Shown here one piece after another: positions 38,433 to 48,664 of a DNA stretch of 64,000 nucleotides. The position numbers and the translations under genes are program-made. This DNA comes from Marinifilum sp. Lineage in GTDB: Bacteria > Bacteroidota > Bacteroidia > Bacteroidales > CG2-30-32-10. Each line of letters starts with the position of its first letter. Positions within the stretch are counted from its first letter, which is position 1. The notes beneath the pieces are model-generated. The model worked only from the letters and a program-made list of their open reading frames with translations. It was not told the origin of the DNA and searched no databases. The DNA lies in the NCBI GenBank assembly GCA_020718065.1, contig DYDE01000001.1, forward strand, positions 754-64,753, read 5' to 3'.

Positions 38433-38626
38433 TTTTTTAATGTTTTTAAAATTGTGTCTTTAGAAACAGTTTTAGTTTTCATTCCACTTGAGATTGAGCG
38501 CCCTAATGCAAAATCTTCTTTTTCCTCTTCTGATAAAGTTTTTGCAACAGCTCCAAATCGTTTTGCTAAATCAATGAAAAATTTAACATCTATTTTATTA
38601 GGTATATCAATAATTAATGTCGTCAT
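38429..38626 (-). CDS. Putative cognate antitoxin
   Basis: 65-aa ORF immediately upstream of the toxin with a 4-bp overlap. No family recognised; call rests on position and size. Confidence 0.5.
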   Translation of the reverse strand: MTTLIIDIPNKIDVKFFIDLAKRFGAVAKTLSEEEKEDFALGRSISSGMKTKTVSKDTILKTLKK

Positions 38627-38745
38627 AGCCTTATAATTTTTTTTACAAATTTACAACAAATATCAAAAATTACCAAAAAAGCTAAACTTGATGAAGTCTT
38701 GCATGTTAACTTTTGCATTTGTAAACTTTGTCGTTTTATTAAAAA

Positions 38746-38875
38746 GGGTTTCTAAAAATTAGATTTTTTGAGGCAGACAAAATTTTAAAACCGGAGTTTA
38801 CATTAGTAAATGAGGATTTTAATCCCGATTAATCGGGAGAAGTCCAACGAAGAAAAAGCAATTTTTAGAAGTCCC
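38746..38875. repeat. MITE/REP-like palindromic element, copy 2
   Basis: Outer inverted termini GGGTTTCTAAAAATT (38746-38760) and AATTTTTAGAAGTCCC (38860-38875), matching the termini of the 32365-32503 element. Different internal hairpin: TCCCGATTAATCGGGA. Confidence 0.6.
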
Positions 38876-38898
38876 GTAAAGTTTTTTTAGAACCTATT

Positions 38899-41058
38899 TT
38901 AATAAACAATATTCATCTCTTTAAGTAAATAACCTGCTCCGGCATATTTATCCATAACAAAAAGACAATAGCGAATATCCAGAGTAACATTGCGGCATTC
39001 GTTTGAATCGTAAAACAAATCACTCATAGTTCCTTCCCAAACCCTGTCGAAATTAAGACCTATTAATTGTCCTTCTGCATTAAGAACCGGACTACCCGAA
39101 TTGCCACCACTGGTATGATTTGTTGCTATAAATGAGGTATGCATTTTACCATTTTCACCATATACTCCATAATCTTTGTTATGGTATAATTCTTTTAATT
39201 TTGGAGATACCACATATTCACTGTTACCCGTTGCTTCTTTTTCAATGATGCCATCAAGCGTAGTATAATAGTTGTAATAAACACCATCTTTTGGCTCATA
39301 TCCTTTAACTTTACCATAAGTAATACGGAGTGTTGAATTCGCATCCGGATAAAATACTTTATCCTTATCCATTTCGCGAATTACATTCATATAAATATTC
39401 ATCAGGCTATCTACTTTTCCATTATAATAGGTATAATCAGGAACAACAGTAGTTATTATATGGTCATACAAACTATTTGCTAAAACAAAAGCTGGGTCTT
39501 TAAGTATGGTTTTGTATTTAGAACTGCTATATTCAGCAAGCAATTTATTCACCTTCTCTTCAGATACAAAAATTGATTTCTCAAAAACATAATCAGCATA
39601 TTTTGTATAATCACCTTTATACTTTCCGTTTATTGTATTGTATATAGTAGGATAATTGTTTTTATCAAGATTTGCAAAATAGAGTTTAAGCATTTCTGCC
39701 AATAATTTTTTATCGGTTGGCGCATTGTAATTAACAAAAAAGGTTTTTGTTTGTGTTTTTAATGGCTCAATAAGCTTAGACAGGTTTTTATTTTTGTCTT
39801 CCATGCTTTTTGTCACCAAATTATTAAAACCATAAACAAATTTAACAATTTCTGCACCAAGTGCTGCCTCAAAAAAGCTTTCGTATATTAGATTTAAAGG
39901 TGTAAAAGCAGTATATGTTTTTTCAAATTCACTTATTAAGTTGCCATATTTTTGTTTGCGCTTTTCATCGCTATTTACCCATTGAATAAACTTTTGTTCA
40001 ATGATTTTCTTTTTTTCTATAGCATCAGTACGTTTTAAACCACGGTTTTCGCCCATCCACTTTTTCCAGTAATTGGCAATACCTGCATATTTAGAAGCAT
40101 ACTTAATACGAATCAAATCACTTTGTTTCATATCAGTTCCAATAATCTCAAGCTTCTTATCACGAACTTTAATATTTGAAGGGTTTTCGCTTTCATAGAT
40201 CATTTTCAAGGCATAAGAAGTCAGATATTCTGTTGTAGTTCCCGGATAACCATATACAAATGTAAAATCGTTTTCTTTTACCCCTTTCAATGAGATGGTC
40301 AATGATTTTTTAGGTTTATAAGGAACATTGTCTGCGGAGTATTCTGCAGGTTCGTTGTTTTTATCAGCATAAATTCTGAAAACAGAGAAATCACCGGTGT
40401 GGCGAGGCCACATCCAGTTGTCGGTTTCACCACCAAACTTACCTATAGAAGATGGAGGCGCACCAACCAAACGTACATCTTTGAAAACCTCGTAAACAAA
40501 AAGATAAAACTGATTGCCATAATAGAACGACTTAACCTGTGCTGTATATTTGTTACCATTAACGGCTTTTTTTTCAATGTCCTTTATATTACTTTTAACA
40601 ATAGTAATTCTTTCTGATTGTGTCATAGTAGGTTCTACATCTTTTAAAACCTGCGATGTAACATCCTCCATACTCACCAAAAAACTTACAGATAAATTTG
40701 CATTTTTTAATTCCTGTGATTTGTTCATTGCCCAAAACCCATTGGTAAGCAGATCATTATCAACTGTGCTATGTGCTTGGATAGCACCATAACCACAATG
40801 ATGATTTGTTAATAACAATCCTTCGTCTGAAACAATTTCGCCTGTACAACCTCTTCCAAACAAAACAATTGCATCTTTAAGACTTGTTTTGTTAACACTA
40901 TAAATATCTTCTGCGTTTAGTTTTAAACCCATATTTTGCATATCTTTTTCATTGAACTGTTGCAAAAGTAGTGGCAACCACATACCTTCATCTGCTCTGG
41001 CATTAATACAAAAAAGTTTTGCAAATATTAATAATGATAATAAAAAAAGCTTTTTCAT
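38899..41058 (-). CDS. S46 family dipeptidyl-peptidase (DPP7/DPP11-like), secreted
   Basis: Signal peptide then ADEGMWLP. Catalytic His in LLLTNHHCGY and Ser in GGNSGSPVLNAEGQLIGLNFD. 719 aa. Confidence 0.9.
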   Translation of the reverse strand: MKKLFLLSLLIFAKLFCINARADEGMWLPLLLQQFNEKDMQNMGLKLNAEDIYSVNKTSLKDAIVLFGRGCTGEIVSDEGLLLTNHHCGYGAIQAHSTVDNDLLTNGFWAMNKSQELKNANLSVSFLVSMEDVTSQVLKDVEPTMTQSERITIVKSNIKDIEKKAVNGNKYTAQVKSFYYGNQFYLFVYEVFKDVRLVGAPPSSIGKFGGETDNWMWPRHTGDFSVFRIYADKNNEPAEYSADNVPYKPKKSLTISLKGVKENDFTFVYGYPGTTTEYLTSYALKMIYESENPSNIKVRDKKLEIIGTDMKQSDLIRIKYASKYAGIANYWKKWMGENRGLKRTDAIEKKKIIEQKFIQWVNSDEKRKQKYGNLISEFEKTYTAFTPLNLIYESFFEAALGAEIVKFVYGFNNLVTKSMEDKNKNLSKLIEPLKTQTKTFFVNYNAPTDKKLLAEMLKLYFANLDKNNYPTIYNTINGKYKGDYTKYADYVFEKSIFVSEEKVNKLLAEYSSSKYKTILKDPAFVLANSLYDHIITTVVPDYTYYNGKVDSLMNIYMNVIREMDKDKVFYPDANSTLRITYGKVKGYEPKDGVYYNYYTTLDGIIEKEATGNSEYVVSPKLKELYHNKDYGVYGENGKMHTSFIATNHTSGGNSGSPVLNAEGQLIGLNFDRVWEGTMSDLFYDSNECRNVTLDIRYCLFVMDKYAGAGYLLKEMNIVY

Positions 41059-41213
41059 TTTCTTAATTTTTAAATTTTGATTTTAATTCAGAGAAACAAT
41101 TTTATGTAAGAAATTTATTATTTTATTCTGATGTGGGGCGTTAAAAAATATTGTTACCAAATCAACAAAACACGATGTTTTCAAATAAATATTTCTTTAA
41201 ACAACATTTAATA

Positions 41214-41588
41214 CTAAACAGCAATCACAGAAATCTCGACATTGGCATTTAAAGGAAGTTTTGCAACCTGCACAGTTTCTCTGGCTGGGAAAGCAGAAGT
41301 AAAATAACTGCCATATACTTCATTCATCTGAGCAAAATTCCCCATATCCATTATAAATATACTTGTTTTTATAACATTGGTATAATTCATACCTGCTACC
41401 TTCAGGATTGCACCAATATTTTCCATCACTTGCTTGGTTTGAACTTTAATATCTTCCGATTCTATCTTGCCACTTATAGGATTAACAGGTATCTGACCTG
41501 ATATATAAAGTGTGTTATTTACCAAAACAGCCTGACTATAAGGACCAATTGGTTTGGGTGCATTTGATGTTGTTATTATTTTTTTCAT
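41214..41588 (-). CDS. ridA: RidA/YjgF family reactive-intermediate deaminase
   Basis: 124 aa. APKPIGPYSQA, SGQIP and PARETVQVAKLP motifs. Confidence 0.9.
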   Translation of the reverse strand: MKKIITTSNAPKPIGPYSQAVLVNNTLYISGQIPVNPISGKIESEDIKVQTKQVMENIGAILKVAGMNYTNVIKTSIFIMDMGNFAQMNEVYGSYFTSAFPARETVQVAKLPLNANVEISVIAV

Positions 41589-41640
41589 TTGGTTTATGTT
41601 TTATAAGTATAAAATTAAAACTATTCTAATTGATTTAATA

Positions 41641-44196
41641 TTAATATGTTAAATTATTATCAGATTTCTTTTCAAGTTTCAAATCCTGTAACATTGATGC
41701 TTTCACCCTAATAGTGAAATTATAACTTTGTCTGGCACCATAAGGAGTCCAGTTTAAAAGCATTTCCCAACAATGCAGATCTCTATACAAAGTTACTGTT
41801 GTATAAGATAATTTTTTCCCAACAAAATCATAGCCCGAAAATACGCTTATTTTCCATTTAGGTGTTAGACTCAGATCACCATTTAAGGATAAGGTCTGGA
41901 GAATTGTATTTTTCTTTTTAAATGTAGGTTTTGCATAAATATCCGTTGAAGACAAAGAATAGCCTATATTCATACTCCAGGGAACATTATAAAAATTAGT
42001 TTCGGTTTTAGTAGTATTTTCAGTATTTTTCTTTTTAAAAGTTTGTGGTGAGAGGTTGTAATTTAGGTTAAACTCCCATCTGGTACTTGTATGTCTGAAT
42101 AGGTGTTTACTTTCATTATATTCAAATCTATTATATCTATTACCAAGCGTATCCATATAGTAAGGATCCCACTCACTCCTGTATGTAACATCTAAAACTT
42201 TAAATAGTTTTGTTCTCCCGCTAATAAAAAGTGGTGCCCATTTTAGTGAATCCTTTGCAATATCATAACTCGTGGAAAAACTAAAATCCTCAATCAGAAT
42301 TATTTTTTTAATGCCATTTATTGTATCTTTTTTAGACCTGACTTTCATTTCGAGGTTATTTGACAGCCTGAAATTCAAACTTCCTGATTCGTTTGCTGGT
42401 GGTTGACCATATAAACCACTAAATATTGAATATTTTTGTGGTGTTACTTTGCCTGAATTTTCGATACTATTTACATAATATTTGTAATAACCCCAATTTT
42501 GCTTACTGAAATCAGGGTTGTAGGAACAACCAAATGTAGGTGTGATAACATGTCTCAATGCTTTTACATAAAATTTCTTAAATTGATACATACCATATAG
42601 TTTTGTACTCAAACTGGTATTAAAACTAAAATACCGGGCTGCTTTAAACCCATTTATAGTATCAATTTCAATTTTACCAGTATTTGTTGACGGATTATTA
42701 ATCCAATTTTGATCATATGTATGCAAATACCAACTTTCAGTATAACTAAATGTATTTGACAAATTAAAATACTTTAAAACTTTTGTAGAATAACTAATTG
42801 GTATGCTATGATTCATTCCATTCCTCATTTGTTTGAGCATGTCTGAATTATATTTTACTGTATCATATGTTGAAAGACTATTACGAATATCATTTGAATA
42901 TCCTACACCTATATTTTCATACCATTTGAGCTTTCCTTTTAGAATTTTCTTTCTTAATGGATAGAATTTATCTGCACTAAATGATATATGTGGTAATTCG
43001 AAATTTATCTGATGATTAGAAGTGTTTTGGTTGTGAGATAAATCAGCAGTTAAATGATATTTTTGAAAAAGAGTTGTAGAATAACTTATTCTGGAATTCA
43101 TTTCATTTGACAAGTATGCAGTAGTGGAACTAGTTAAGCTTCGTTGGTCATATTTGTTGGTACTTGCATTAACATTTGCACTAAAACTACTATTAGGGCG
43201 AGACTTAGGGTCTTGCGCATGTGTCCAGAAAATTCTAAATGCTTTGTTCTTTTTAAAGTCGCCAGCACCAAATTCTCCTGTTTTAATAACTACATAATTT
43301 AGTTGAATGTTTCCTCTATACTTGTATCTTTTATTATACTGGGTAGTGCTTTCCATTCCCCAACTACCTTTAGAATATATATCGCCGGTTATTTTTGTAT
43401 CAACCATATCGCTAATACCAAAATAATAACCACCTTTTTGTAAATAAAATCCTAATTCAGTTGATTCGCCATAAGCAGGAAAAACAATTCCAGAAGCTCT
43501 ACCTTTTTTATTGGGGAAATATCCAAAAGGAATCATCAAAGGAGTTGGCACATCGCCAATAATAAGATCTGCTGGTCCTATAACTATTTTATCATTGGGA
43601 TAAACCTTCCCCTTTTTAAATTGAATTTGATAATGTGGGTGATCCAAGTCGCATGTTGTGTATAGTCCACTCTTTATTAGGATTTCATCATTGGGTAATT
43701 TCTTAATTGTGGTACCATGAAGAAAACCTTCACCTTCTTGTGTAATTACTTCCTTGATTATCCCTTTTTTACTTTTATAATTGTAGGTCATTTCTTTTGA
43801 GCGGAATTTTTTTTCTCCTTCTATAAAAACAGGAGTACCATATTCCTTGCCCGCAGAATCTAAAAGTCCTTTGGCATAAATGGTATTTTTTTCAAAATTT
43901 ATTTCAACATATGCGGCAGTTAAGGTGATATTTTGGTATTTAATTTCTGCATCTCTGTATAAAAACACTTTTTGATCTTTGATATTGAATATCATAGAAT
44001 CTGTACAGGTATATTCTACTTTTGCTTCCAGTGCATCACTTGATGTTTTATGTTTTGGGGTAACAGTAAAAGTAATACTATCTTTTTCAGTAATACTATC
44101 CTTTTTTACAATGGTATCCTGTGCTTGAATTATTCCACAATAGGGAAAAATAAAAACAAAGATTATAAAAAGTTTTATGCTTAGTTTTGCAAACAA
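41641..44196 (-). CDS. LptD-like outer-membrane LPS-assembly protein (Bacteroidota type)
   Basis: 851 aa. Signal peptide, OstA-like N-terminal beta-jellyroll pattern (QKVFLYRDAEIKYQNITLTAAYVEINFEKNTIYAKG), then a long aromatic-rich beta-barrel-like sequence. Divergently adjacent to the amidase gene. Confidence 0.7.
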   Translation of the reverse strand: MFAKLSIKLFIIFVFIFPYCGIIQAQDTIVKKDSITEKDSITFTVTPKHKTSSDALEAKVEYTCTDSMIFNIKDQKVFLYRDAEIKYQNITLTAAYVEINFEKNTIYAKGLLDSAGKEYGTPVFIEGEKKFRSKEMTYNYKSKKGIIKEVITQEGEGFLHGTTIKKLPNDEILIKSGLYTTCDLDHPHYQIQFKKGKVYPNDKIVIGPADLIIGDVPTPLMIPFGYFPNKKGRASGIVFPAYGESTELGFYLQKGGYYFGISDMVDTKITGDIYSKGSWGMESTTQYNKRYKYRGNIQLNYVVIKTGEFGAGDFKKNKAFRIFWTHAQDPKSRPNSSFSANVNASTNKYDQRSLTSSTTAYLSNEMNSRISYSTTLFQKYHLTADLSHNQNTSNHQINFELPHISFSADKFYPLRKKILKGKLKWYENIGVGYSNDIRNSLSTYDTVKYNSDMLKQMRNGMNHSIPISYSTKVLKYFNLSNTFSYTESWYLHTYDQNWINNPSTNTGKIEIDTINGFKAARYFSFNTSLSTKLYGMYQFKKFYVKALRHVITPTFGCSYNPDFSKQNWGYYKYYVNSIENSGKVTPQKYSIFSGLYGQPPANESGSLNFRLSNNLEMKVRSKKDTINGIKKIILIEDFSFSTSYDIAKDSLKWAPLFISGRTKLFKVLDVTYRSEWDPYYMDTLGNRYNRFEYNESKHLFRHTSTRWEFNLNYNLSPQTFKKKNTENTTKTETNFYNVPWSMNIGYSLSSTDIYAKPTFKKKNTILQTLSLNGDLSLTPKWKISVFSGYDFVGKKLSYTTVTLYRDLHCWEMLLNWTPYGARQSYNFTIRVKASMLQDLKLEKKSDNNLTY

Positions 44197-44266
44197 TTTA
44201 TATTATGTAATTTTGTATTTGAAATGCTACATTTTCAGAGGTCAAAACTAACTAAAAATTGCTAAA

Positions 44267-45460
44267 GTGAAACGAATAATTCTGTTTTTTAGTATTTTTT
44301 TAACATTTTTTAACAATTCATACAATCAGAAAACTGATAATAAACGCTCTATAAATACGGTTATTATTGATGCAGGACATGGCGGCAATGACCCTGGTTG
44401 TCTTGGTTCAAAATCTAAAGAAAAAGATGTTGCACTTTCAATAGCTCTAAAATTAGGTGATTATATAAAAAAAGGCTTCCCAAATGTTAAAGTAATATAT
44501 ACCCGTAGCACTGATGTTTTTGTGGAACTATACAATCGAGCTAAAATTGCAAATGATAACAAAGCTGATTTGTTTATTTCTATTCATTGCAACTCTGGTA
44601 AATCAACTGCTTTTGGCACTGAAACCTGGGTAATGGGCTTAAATAAAACAGAAGCTAATTTAGAAGTATCTAAAAAGGAAAATTCATCTATTCTGATGGA
44701 AGAAGATTATCAAAGCAAATATGATGGTTTTGACCCTAACTCACCTGAAGCCAATATAATTTTTTCGCTCTTTCAAAACGCATTCCTCGATCAAAGCATA
44801 AATTTTGCTGCCCTGGTTCAAAAACAATTTAAAACAAAAGTTTTGATGAACGACAGGGGTGTTAAACAAGCTGGCTTCCTTGTACTATACAAAACAACAA
44901 TGCCAGGTGTGCTTGTTGAAACAGGTTTTTTATCTAATAAAAAAGAAGAGGAATTTTTAACAACTGTTAAAGGACAGGAATTAATTGCTTCAGCAATTTA
45001 CAGAGCATTTAAAGAATATAAAATTAGCTATGATGCCAATGCTTTTACCAATAAAGATTTGGTTTATTATGACACAAATACTATCAATAATAAAACGATT
45101 GACTCATCAACAATAAAAATTAATAAAAAAGACTCTGTAAAAAATATTAAACCTAAGGATGTAACCAATATAATTGATAACTCAAAAAAACAAGATGTTT
45201 TATTTAAAGTGCAGTTTACTACTTCTCCTACAAAAAAATCATTAACATCAAAAGAATTTAAAGGGCTGACAGATGTTGATGTTTATTTCCATGCTGGACT
45301 ATATAAATACGTTGTAGGAAATGAAAAAACCTTACAAGGTGCTGTAAATCTTCAAAAAAAAATGCAGACAAATGGTTATAAAGATTCTTTTGTTGTTGCA
45401 TTTTTAAATGGTGAAAGAATTTCTCCTTCGGATGCGGTTAAGATTTTAAATAAAAAATAA
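44267..45460 (+). CDS. N-acetylmuramoyl-L-alanine amidase (Amidase_3) with C-terminal SPOR-like domain
   Basis: VIIDAGHGGNDPG, DLFISIHCNS, GTETWV. C-terminal LFKVQFTTSP...YKYVVGNEKTLQGAVNLQKKMQTNGYKDSFVVAF. Confidence 0.85.
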   Translation: MKRIILFFSIFLTFFNNSYNQKTDNKRSINTVIIDAGHGGNDPGCLGSKSKEKDVALSIALKLGDYIKKGFPNVKVIYTRSTDVFVELYNRAKIANDNKADLFISIHCNSGKSTAFGTETWVMGLNKTEANLEVSKKENSSILMEEDYQSKYDGFDPNSPEANIIFSLFQNAFLDQSINFAALVQKQFKTKVLMNDRGVKQAGFLVLYKTTMPGVLVETGFLSNKKEEEFLTTVKGQELIASAIYRAFKEYKISYDANAFTNKDLVYYDTNTINNKTIDSSTIKINKKDSVKNIKPKDVTNIIDNSKKQDVLFKVQFTTSPTKKSLTSKEFKGLTDVDVYFHAGLYKYVVGNEKTLQGAVNLQKKMQTNGYKDSFVVAFLNGERISPSDAVKILNKK

Positions 45461-45573
45461 ATTAATAAATTTGCAGAAAACAAATATTATCAAATAAACA
45501 AGTTTGCAAAAAAACACCTAACCCATTAAAAATTAAAATGGTATTCTAATTGACTTAAACAAATAAATTACGA

Positions 45574-46524
45574 ATGAAAAGAAAGAACGAAATAAAAATT
45601 GCAATAATAGTCATTGTAAGTATAGTATTGTTTATTTGGGGTTTTAACTTTCTGAAAGGCAAAGATATTTTTTCTAAACAACGAACTTTTTATGCAGTTT
45701 ATCCTCAAGTAAATGGGTTGGTGGAATCAGCACCTGTCGTAATAAATGGTTTAAAAGTGGGACAGGTAAACAGCATTTATTTAAATCCGGATAATTCAGG
45801 CAATGTTATTGTTAAACTTTTAATTGAAACAGATTACAAATTACCTATAAATACAATAGCAAAAATTGTAAACACCGATCTTATTGGTTCGAAAGCCATT
45901 GAATTAAAAATCGGAAACAAACCAAGCTTACTGAAAGATAACGACACCCTTATTTCTGAAATACAAACTTCTTTTCAAGAGATCGTAAATAAAAAATTAG
46001 CTCAGATCGATTCTATCTTTACCAATATTGGAAACATTCTTGGACCAGAAAATCAGGATCATATTACCAAAAGTCTTGCCAGTATTACTATCGTTTTAAA
46101 AAATCTTGAATCAACTTCTTATCATCTCAGCCAATTAATGGGCGACGAAAAAAGCCGTTTAGCTAATATAATTGAGAACCTTGAATCAATTTCTAAAAAT
46201 CTGAAAAACAACAACCAGAAACTGAATAATATTTTTACAAATTTCTCTTCCCTGAGCGACACACTTGCAAAATCAGAAATAAAAAGCACTATTGCAAATA
46301 TCAATTCCACAACCGGCAATTTATCAGCTGTTCTAGACAAGATAAATAAAGGAGATGGAACTATGGGAATGCTTGTAAACAATGACAGCCTTTACAATAA
46401 TCTTACCGCTACTTCAGAACAATTAAACAAACTTCTCGAAGATCTTAGAGTAAATCCAAGACGTTATGTTCATTTTTCTCTTTTTGGAAAAAAAGATAAA
46501 GACAAAAATAAAAACAAGAAATAG
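45574..46524 (+). CDS. MlaD/MCE family protein
   Basis: N-terminal TM anchor, MCE domain pattern (VNGLVESAPVVINGLKVGQVNSI), then a long helical C-terminal region. Confidence 0.8.
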   Translation: MKRKNEIKIAIIVIVSIVLFIWGFNFLKGKDIFSKQRTFYAVYPQVNGLVESAPVVINGLKVGQVNSIYLNPDNSGNVIVKLLIETDYKLPINTIAKIVNTDLIGSKAIELKIGNKPSLLKDNDTLISEIQTSFQEIVNKKLAQIDSIFTNIGNILGPENQDHITKSLASITIVLKNLESTSYHLSQLMGDEKSRLANIIENLESISKNLKNNNQKLNNIFTNFSSLSDTLAKSEIKSTIANINSTTGNLSAVLDKINKGDGTMGMLVNNDSLYNNLTATSEQLNKLLEDLRVNPRRYVHFSLFGKKDKDKNKNKK

Positions 46525-46608
46525 TTTTTTTTAATACCTAAAGTTTGAATTGCCGAAAAATACCTATTGTATATAGACAATCTAAAAACTTTAGTTCACT
46601 TCAGACGC

Positions 46609-47937
46609 TTATAATTTTATAAACTCAACCCTCCGGTTATTTGCTTTTCCTTCAGTCGAAGTATTTGGAGATACCGGCTCCTTTTCTCCTTTCCCATCTG
46701 TTTCCATCCGAGATGCATCAATAACAAAGTCTTTTATTAACGAATTCTTTACTGCTTCAGATCTTTTCTTTGACAAGCTCAAATTAGCAGCATCGTCTCC
46801 ATCGCTATCAGTATGACCTACTATTTTTACTTTTACTGTTGGGTTGTCTTTCAACACTTGTGCAATATCTTTTAAAGTACCATATGATTCTGGTTTTATT
46901 TTATCAGAACCTGAGTCAAATTTGATGCCGGTTGTAACAAATTTCCCATCTGTTAATAATTTGTTTCTTGTGTCTGGCAACCCCATAGCAACACGCACGT
47001 TGGTTATAAATAATGCTTGTTGACCACTTCCACCTGTTTCAAACAATATTCTATTGTATTTAGCATCCAGAGGCATCAATTTAGGCAGATCGAACACTTT
47101 CTTTTCGTCAATATACAAACGAAAACGTTGTTTCTGGCACCAGATTGAAATATGAGTTGGGTTGCTGTATTTTTTATCTTTACTCATTATTCCATGATTT
47201 TGAATATCAGAACTGGCAAAATCTTCTTCATTTGAACGAGAATATAATTGTGCTGTTTCTGGCATAAGGTCAATATGTGTATAATCTTTATTATATCCAT
47301 TAATTTTCCATCCGGTTTCTGCTTGCAATAAAAAGATATAAAATGCTTCATTCCAGCTATTATCTGGATCTATTCCAAATATCATATCAAATTCTAAAGT
47401 AAAATTATCACCAAAAGGAATTTCAACTTCTGGAGTGAAGTATGCATTGGGGTTCATACCAAACCACTTCCCTGGATATAGATTCATGGTTTTCACCTCA
47501 GCCGAACCAGTTGTATTCCATAATGCAGGAAAATCTCCAATATTATCCGTTGCAAAATCATCAAAGAATACTACTTTATCTCCTGGAATAAAATCATATT
47601 TGGAATAAGATACCAATGGGTCATCTTTCTTTTCAGTTGGAGTATTATTATTATTGTTTGAATTGTTATTATTGTTATCTCCAGAGTTGGTATTGGTTTC
47701 AGTTTTGGTATCGTCTTTCTTGTCTTTTTTATCCTTGTCTTTTTTCTTTCCTGAATTTTCAATATCATTTTCTACTGCATCGAGACCTTTGTCAATACCT
47801 TCATCCACTTTATTGTTCAGTTTTGAATTGGTTTTGTCAATTATTTTTCCAGGTACATCAATAACAATTTGTGCTGAAGTATATTTAACAAAAAGCATTA
47901 AAAATGCTACTATTGCTAATAATTTAATTTGTTTCAT
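46609..47937 (-). CDS. OmpA-family peptidoglycan-binding protein with low-complexity Lys/Asp and Asn-rich linker
   Basis: Signal peptide. KKKDKDKKDKKDD and NNNNSNNNNNT tracts. C-terminal OmpA domain VKIVGHTDSDGDDAANLSLSKKRSEAVKNSL...NRRVEFIKL. Confidence 0.85.
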   Translation of the reverse strand: MKQIKLLAIVAFLMLFVKYTSAQIVIDVPGKIIDKTNSKLNNKVDEGIDKGLDAVENDIENSGKKKDKDKKDKKDDTKTETNTNSGDNNNNNSNNNNNTPTEKKDDPLVSYSKYDFIPGDKVVFFDDFATDNIGDFPALWNTTGSAEVKTMNLYPGKWFGMNPNAYFTPEVEIPFGDNFTLEFDMIFGIDPDNSWNEAFYIFLLQAETGWKINGYNKDYTHIDLMPETAQLYSRSNEEDFASSDIQNHGIMSKDKKYSNPTHISIWCQKQRFRLYIDEKKVFDLPKLMPLDAKYNRILFETGGSGQQALFITNVRVAMGLPDTRNKLLTDGKFVTTGIKFDSGSDKIKPESYGTLKDIAQVLKDNPTVKVKIVGHTDSDGDDAANLSLSKKRSEAVKNSLIKDFVIDASRMETDGKGEKEPVSPNTSTEGKANNRRVEFIKL

Positions 47938-48076
47938 AATAACTGTTTTTAAATTTATAGTATATAGAAAATTTGCAATTACAAAAATAAAGATGTTACT
48001 TATTTTTCAACTACCTTTTTTAAGGTATTTTATAAAATAATCAAATCCAAATTTAATAAAAAAACTTTGATTTTGT

Positions 48077-48664
48077 TTATTCTGTTTTATTTAAATAACT
48101 ATTGGCAAAAGCTATCACTTGTGGAATGAATTGTTTAAATTCCGCTTCGTACAAATGATAATCTATACGAAGATCCTCAGTTACCTTTTCCATACCGGAA
48201 ACAAATGTAGTTCTTCTTGCCATTCCTTCGAAATGAAGTTTTAATTTATCAATATCTGTATAAGAAACGAACCAATTATAATATATCATAAATGGCAAAA
48301 TACGAACTATTTTAGGGGGAAGTATTGTATAATGCTTTAATAAAATCCCATAAGCATCATGAGCAGTTTTTTCTAGGTTTATAGAAGAATATTCTTGCCA
48401 ATTTTTAGCAAGAAAATGATCATAAAACATATCTACAATCACTCCGGCATATTTATGATATTTGCTATATAAGCGTTCTTTACTACTTCTAACATAGTTA
48501 TTTGAATCAGTATATTGGTCAACTGCTCTATGTAATTGAATTCCTTTAATAACTTCTTCTTCATAAATATCCAGATGATTGCCTTTTATAGCATCAGTAA
48601 TAAGACTACCCAATATAATTTTAGGATTATCGCCTGCCAGAAAAGTATGTGCCAGATAATTCAT
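48077..48664 (-). CDS. acpH: Acyl carrier protein phosphodiesterase (AcpH family)
   Basis: N-terminus MNYLAHTFLAG and overall size (195 aa) match the AcpH family. Assignment from memory of the family N-terminus. Confidence 0.75.
   Translation of the reverse strand: MNYLAHTFLAGDNPKIILGSLITDAIKGNHLDIYEEEVIKGIQLHRAVDQYTDSNNYVRSSKERLYSKYHKYAGVIVDMFYDHFLAKNWQEYSSINLEKTAHDAYGILLKHYTILPPKIVRILPFMIYYNWFVSYTDIDKLKLHFEGMARRTTFVSGMEKVTEDLRIDYHLYEAEFKQFIPQVIAFANSYLNKTE

Noticed and set aside
47571-48040. ORFs of 65-128 aa (47571-47768, 47616-47864, 47654-48040) around the 5' part of the OmpA-family gene.
   Set aside because: They overlap the low-complexity Lys/Asp/Asn-encoding tract of the OmpA-family gene in alternative frames or on the opposite strand. 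Simple-sequence DNA keeps several frames open.
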